DNA of 63,558 nucleotides, filler included, from Actinomycetota bacterium (lineage in GTDB: Bacteria > Actinomycetota > Acidimicrobiia > IMCC26256 > VFJJ01), in the NCBI GenBank assembly GCA_009886115.1. It is 6 parts of 6 records of this genome, joined end to end, with 100 filler letters (N's around TTAATTAATTAA, not from the genome) between each part and the next. Parts side by side here need not be neighbours in the genome. Positions count along the whole stretch, not along the records: positions 57,362 to 63,558 come from VFJJ01000135.1; 5 more parts are not named here. One strand, written 5' to 3'. Below the pieces are notes generated by a model. It ran no database searches. It was not told where the DNA came from and saw only the letters and a list, made by a program, of their open reading frames with translations. The translations under genes were made by a program, and so were the position numbers. This document shows positions 62,057-63,558 of the stretch, one piece after another (within the stretch, counting starts at the first letter, position 1; the number at the start of each line of letters is the position of its first letter).

Positions 62057-63326
62057 CGCTGTCCCACACGACGGGAAGGGCTGTGGGCATCCTGAAGGTC
62101 AGGCCGGTGAGGTGCGGGGTCTCGGCGTCGGGGTCGAAGCGCAGGTTGGGGAACCGGTCGAGGGTGGCCTCGAGCATGATCCGCAGCTCCATGCGGGCCA
62201 GGTTCACCCCCAGGCACCTGTGGCGGCCGAACCCGAAGCTCAAGTGGGGCTTGGCATCGCGGAAGATGTCGAACCGCTCGGGCTCGGGCCAGACCGCCGG
62301 GTCGTGGTTCGCTGCGCCGATCGTCGCCAGCACGGGACAGCCCTCGGGGATCGTCACCCCGCCGAGCATGGTCTCGCGTGTCGCGAGTCGACCGATCGCT
62401 GACAGCGGCTGGTCCCAGCGCAACGATTCCTCGATCGCCTGGGGTACGAGTGACCGGTCGCGGCGGACGGCGTCCATCTGATCGGGATGGGTGAGGAGCG
62501 CGAACAGGAGGATCCCGTAGGCCCGGAACACCGTGCTGGCCCCGGCGATGATGAGCAGGCGGGTGAACACCGCGAGCTCGTCGTCGGAGAGCGGCTGACG
62601 GCCGATGCTGGCGTCTTCGTCCTCGGCGACCTGCGCCTGCACGAGGATGCCCAACAGATCGTCGTGGGCCGACGCCCTCCGCTCGACGACCAACGGGGCG
62701 ATGTACTCGGCGACGGCCCGGCCGGCCGCGAGGCGCTCGTCGGCCGAGACCATGGGCGACGTCATCCGCAGCGACCATTCCACGAAGAGGTCCTGATCGC
62801 CGGGAGGCAACCCGAGCGACACCGCGGTCACGTGGATGGGGACGTGCGCCGCGAACTCCGAGTACAGATCGGCGCGGCCCCGCTCGATCAACGGATCGAG
62901 GTAGCCGGCGATGATGGGGGTCACGAACTCGTGCTCCCAGCGTTGCATCTCACGGTGCGAGAACGCCCCCTGGAGCAGGGATCGGAGGCGCTGGTGCTCG
63001 GGCGGATCGATCCCGATCAGGGTGTCGTGTCCGACGGTGGGCCCGAGCGATGGCTCGTACCACCGCGACGAGAACAACGCGTGGTCACGCAGGATTCGCA
63101 GGCTCTCTTCATGGCTCAGGGCCGAGTAGGTCTGGCGATCGCCCCAGTAGATCGAGTCGGTGGTGCTCTGCAGGCCGAAGAGCTCGCCGACACTTCCTGT
63201 GGCGACGGGGCACCGCGCGCGCAGCTCGTGGTAGCGCGGATACGGGTCGTCGACCAGCCCGGCGCCCATCAACCGGTTGCGATCGTCGTCGGTCGTCGAC
63301 CGGGCAACCACCGAATCGTCAGTCAT
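62046..63326 (-). CDS. Cytochrome P450
   Basis: DPPEHQRLR, IAGAST I-helix, EESLR, ANHDP, FGFGRHRCLG. Confidence 0.95.
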   Translation of the reverse strand: MTDDSVVARSTTDDDRNRLMGAGLVDDPYPRYHELRARCPVATGSVGELFGLQSTTDSIYWGDRQTYSALSHEESLRILRDHALFSSRWYEPSLGPTVGHDTLIGIDPPEHQRLRSLLQGAFSHREMQRWEHEFVTPIIAGYLDPLIERGRADLYSEFAAHVPIHVTAVSLGLPPGDQDLFVEWSLRMTSPMVSADERLAAGRAVAEYIAPLVVERRASAHDDLLGILVQAQVAEDEDASIGRQPLSDDELAVFTRLLIIAGASTVFRAYGILLFALLTHPDQMDAVRRDRSLVPQAIEESLRWDQPLSAIGRLATRETMLGGVTIPEGCPVLATIGAANHDPAVWPEPERFDIFRDAKPHLSFGFGRHRCLGVNLARMELRIMLEATLDRFPNLRFDPDAETPHLTGLTFRMPTALPVVWDSATD

Positions 63327-63341
63327 GCGTTGGTGGGCCCC

Positions 63342-63558
63342 TCATCGAGCGTTGGCGGTCATGCCGCCGTCGACGGGAATGATGGCACCGTTGAGGTACG
63401 ACGATGCTGGGAGCACGAGCGAGAGGATCACGTGGGCCACCTCGTCGGGGCGGCCGTACCGGCCCACGGGCACGCGCCGCTTGACGAAGGCCTGCTTGGC
63501 TTCTTCGGGGATCGGCGCCGTCATCGAGGTGAGGATAGGCCCCGGACAGATCGCGTTC
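63342..63558 (-). CDS. SDR family oxidoreductase, C-terminal part (cut by window end)
   Basis: NAICPGPI.T, VPVGRYGRPDEVA, SYLNGAIIPVDGG. Confidence 0.85.
   Translation of the reverse strand, partial: NAICPGPILTSMTAPIPEEAKQAFVKRRVPVGRYGRPDEVAHVILSLVLPASSYLNGAIIPVDGGMTANAR

Overview
High-GC actinobacterial DNA, most consistent with an Acidimicrobiia MAG (inferred from gene content). The window is six contigs joined by artificial 100-nt N linkers carrying TTAATTAATTAA (22072-22171, 36302-36401, 41124-41223, 54173-54272, 57262-57361), so adjacency across these points means nothing. Contig 1: a catabolic cluster (F420-LLM, MaoC hydratases, extradiol dioxygenase, class II aldolase, orphan Mo-hydroxylase large subunit, CoA ligase, amidohydrolase, SDR), a frameshifted SGNH hydrolase, a sulfotransferase/LplA/methyltransferase operon, suhB, and a surface beta-helix plus pectate-lyase pair. 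Contig 2: an XhoI/PaeR7I-like restriction-modification pair, then a ppsA / SPFH / CMD-acsA-GerMN-pdhABC-ACP cluster whose divergent promoter carries tandem DevR/DosR-type boxes, an IS1182 remnant and a DUF222 gene. Contig 3: P450, bicupin, Zn alcohol dehydrogenase, SDR, ABC solute-binding protein. Contig 4: Tad/Flp pilus locus with an unannotated Flp pilin, sigma28-like promoters, a co-oriented GT-C-like membrane protein and a TadE gene broken by an in-frame TAG. Contig 5: tRNA-Gly, DUF2207, SDR. Contig 6: DUF2510 protein, protein O-mannosyltransferase, PAP2 protein, internally deleted LLM gene, P450. The best novelty candidates are the putative hypoxia-regulated, E3-less PDH/Acs/ACP module with an embedded GerMN lipoprotein, and the putative sigma28-driven glycosylated Tad pilus. 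All calls come from motif recognition by eye; no searches were run.
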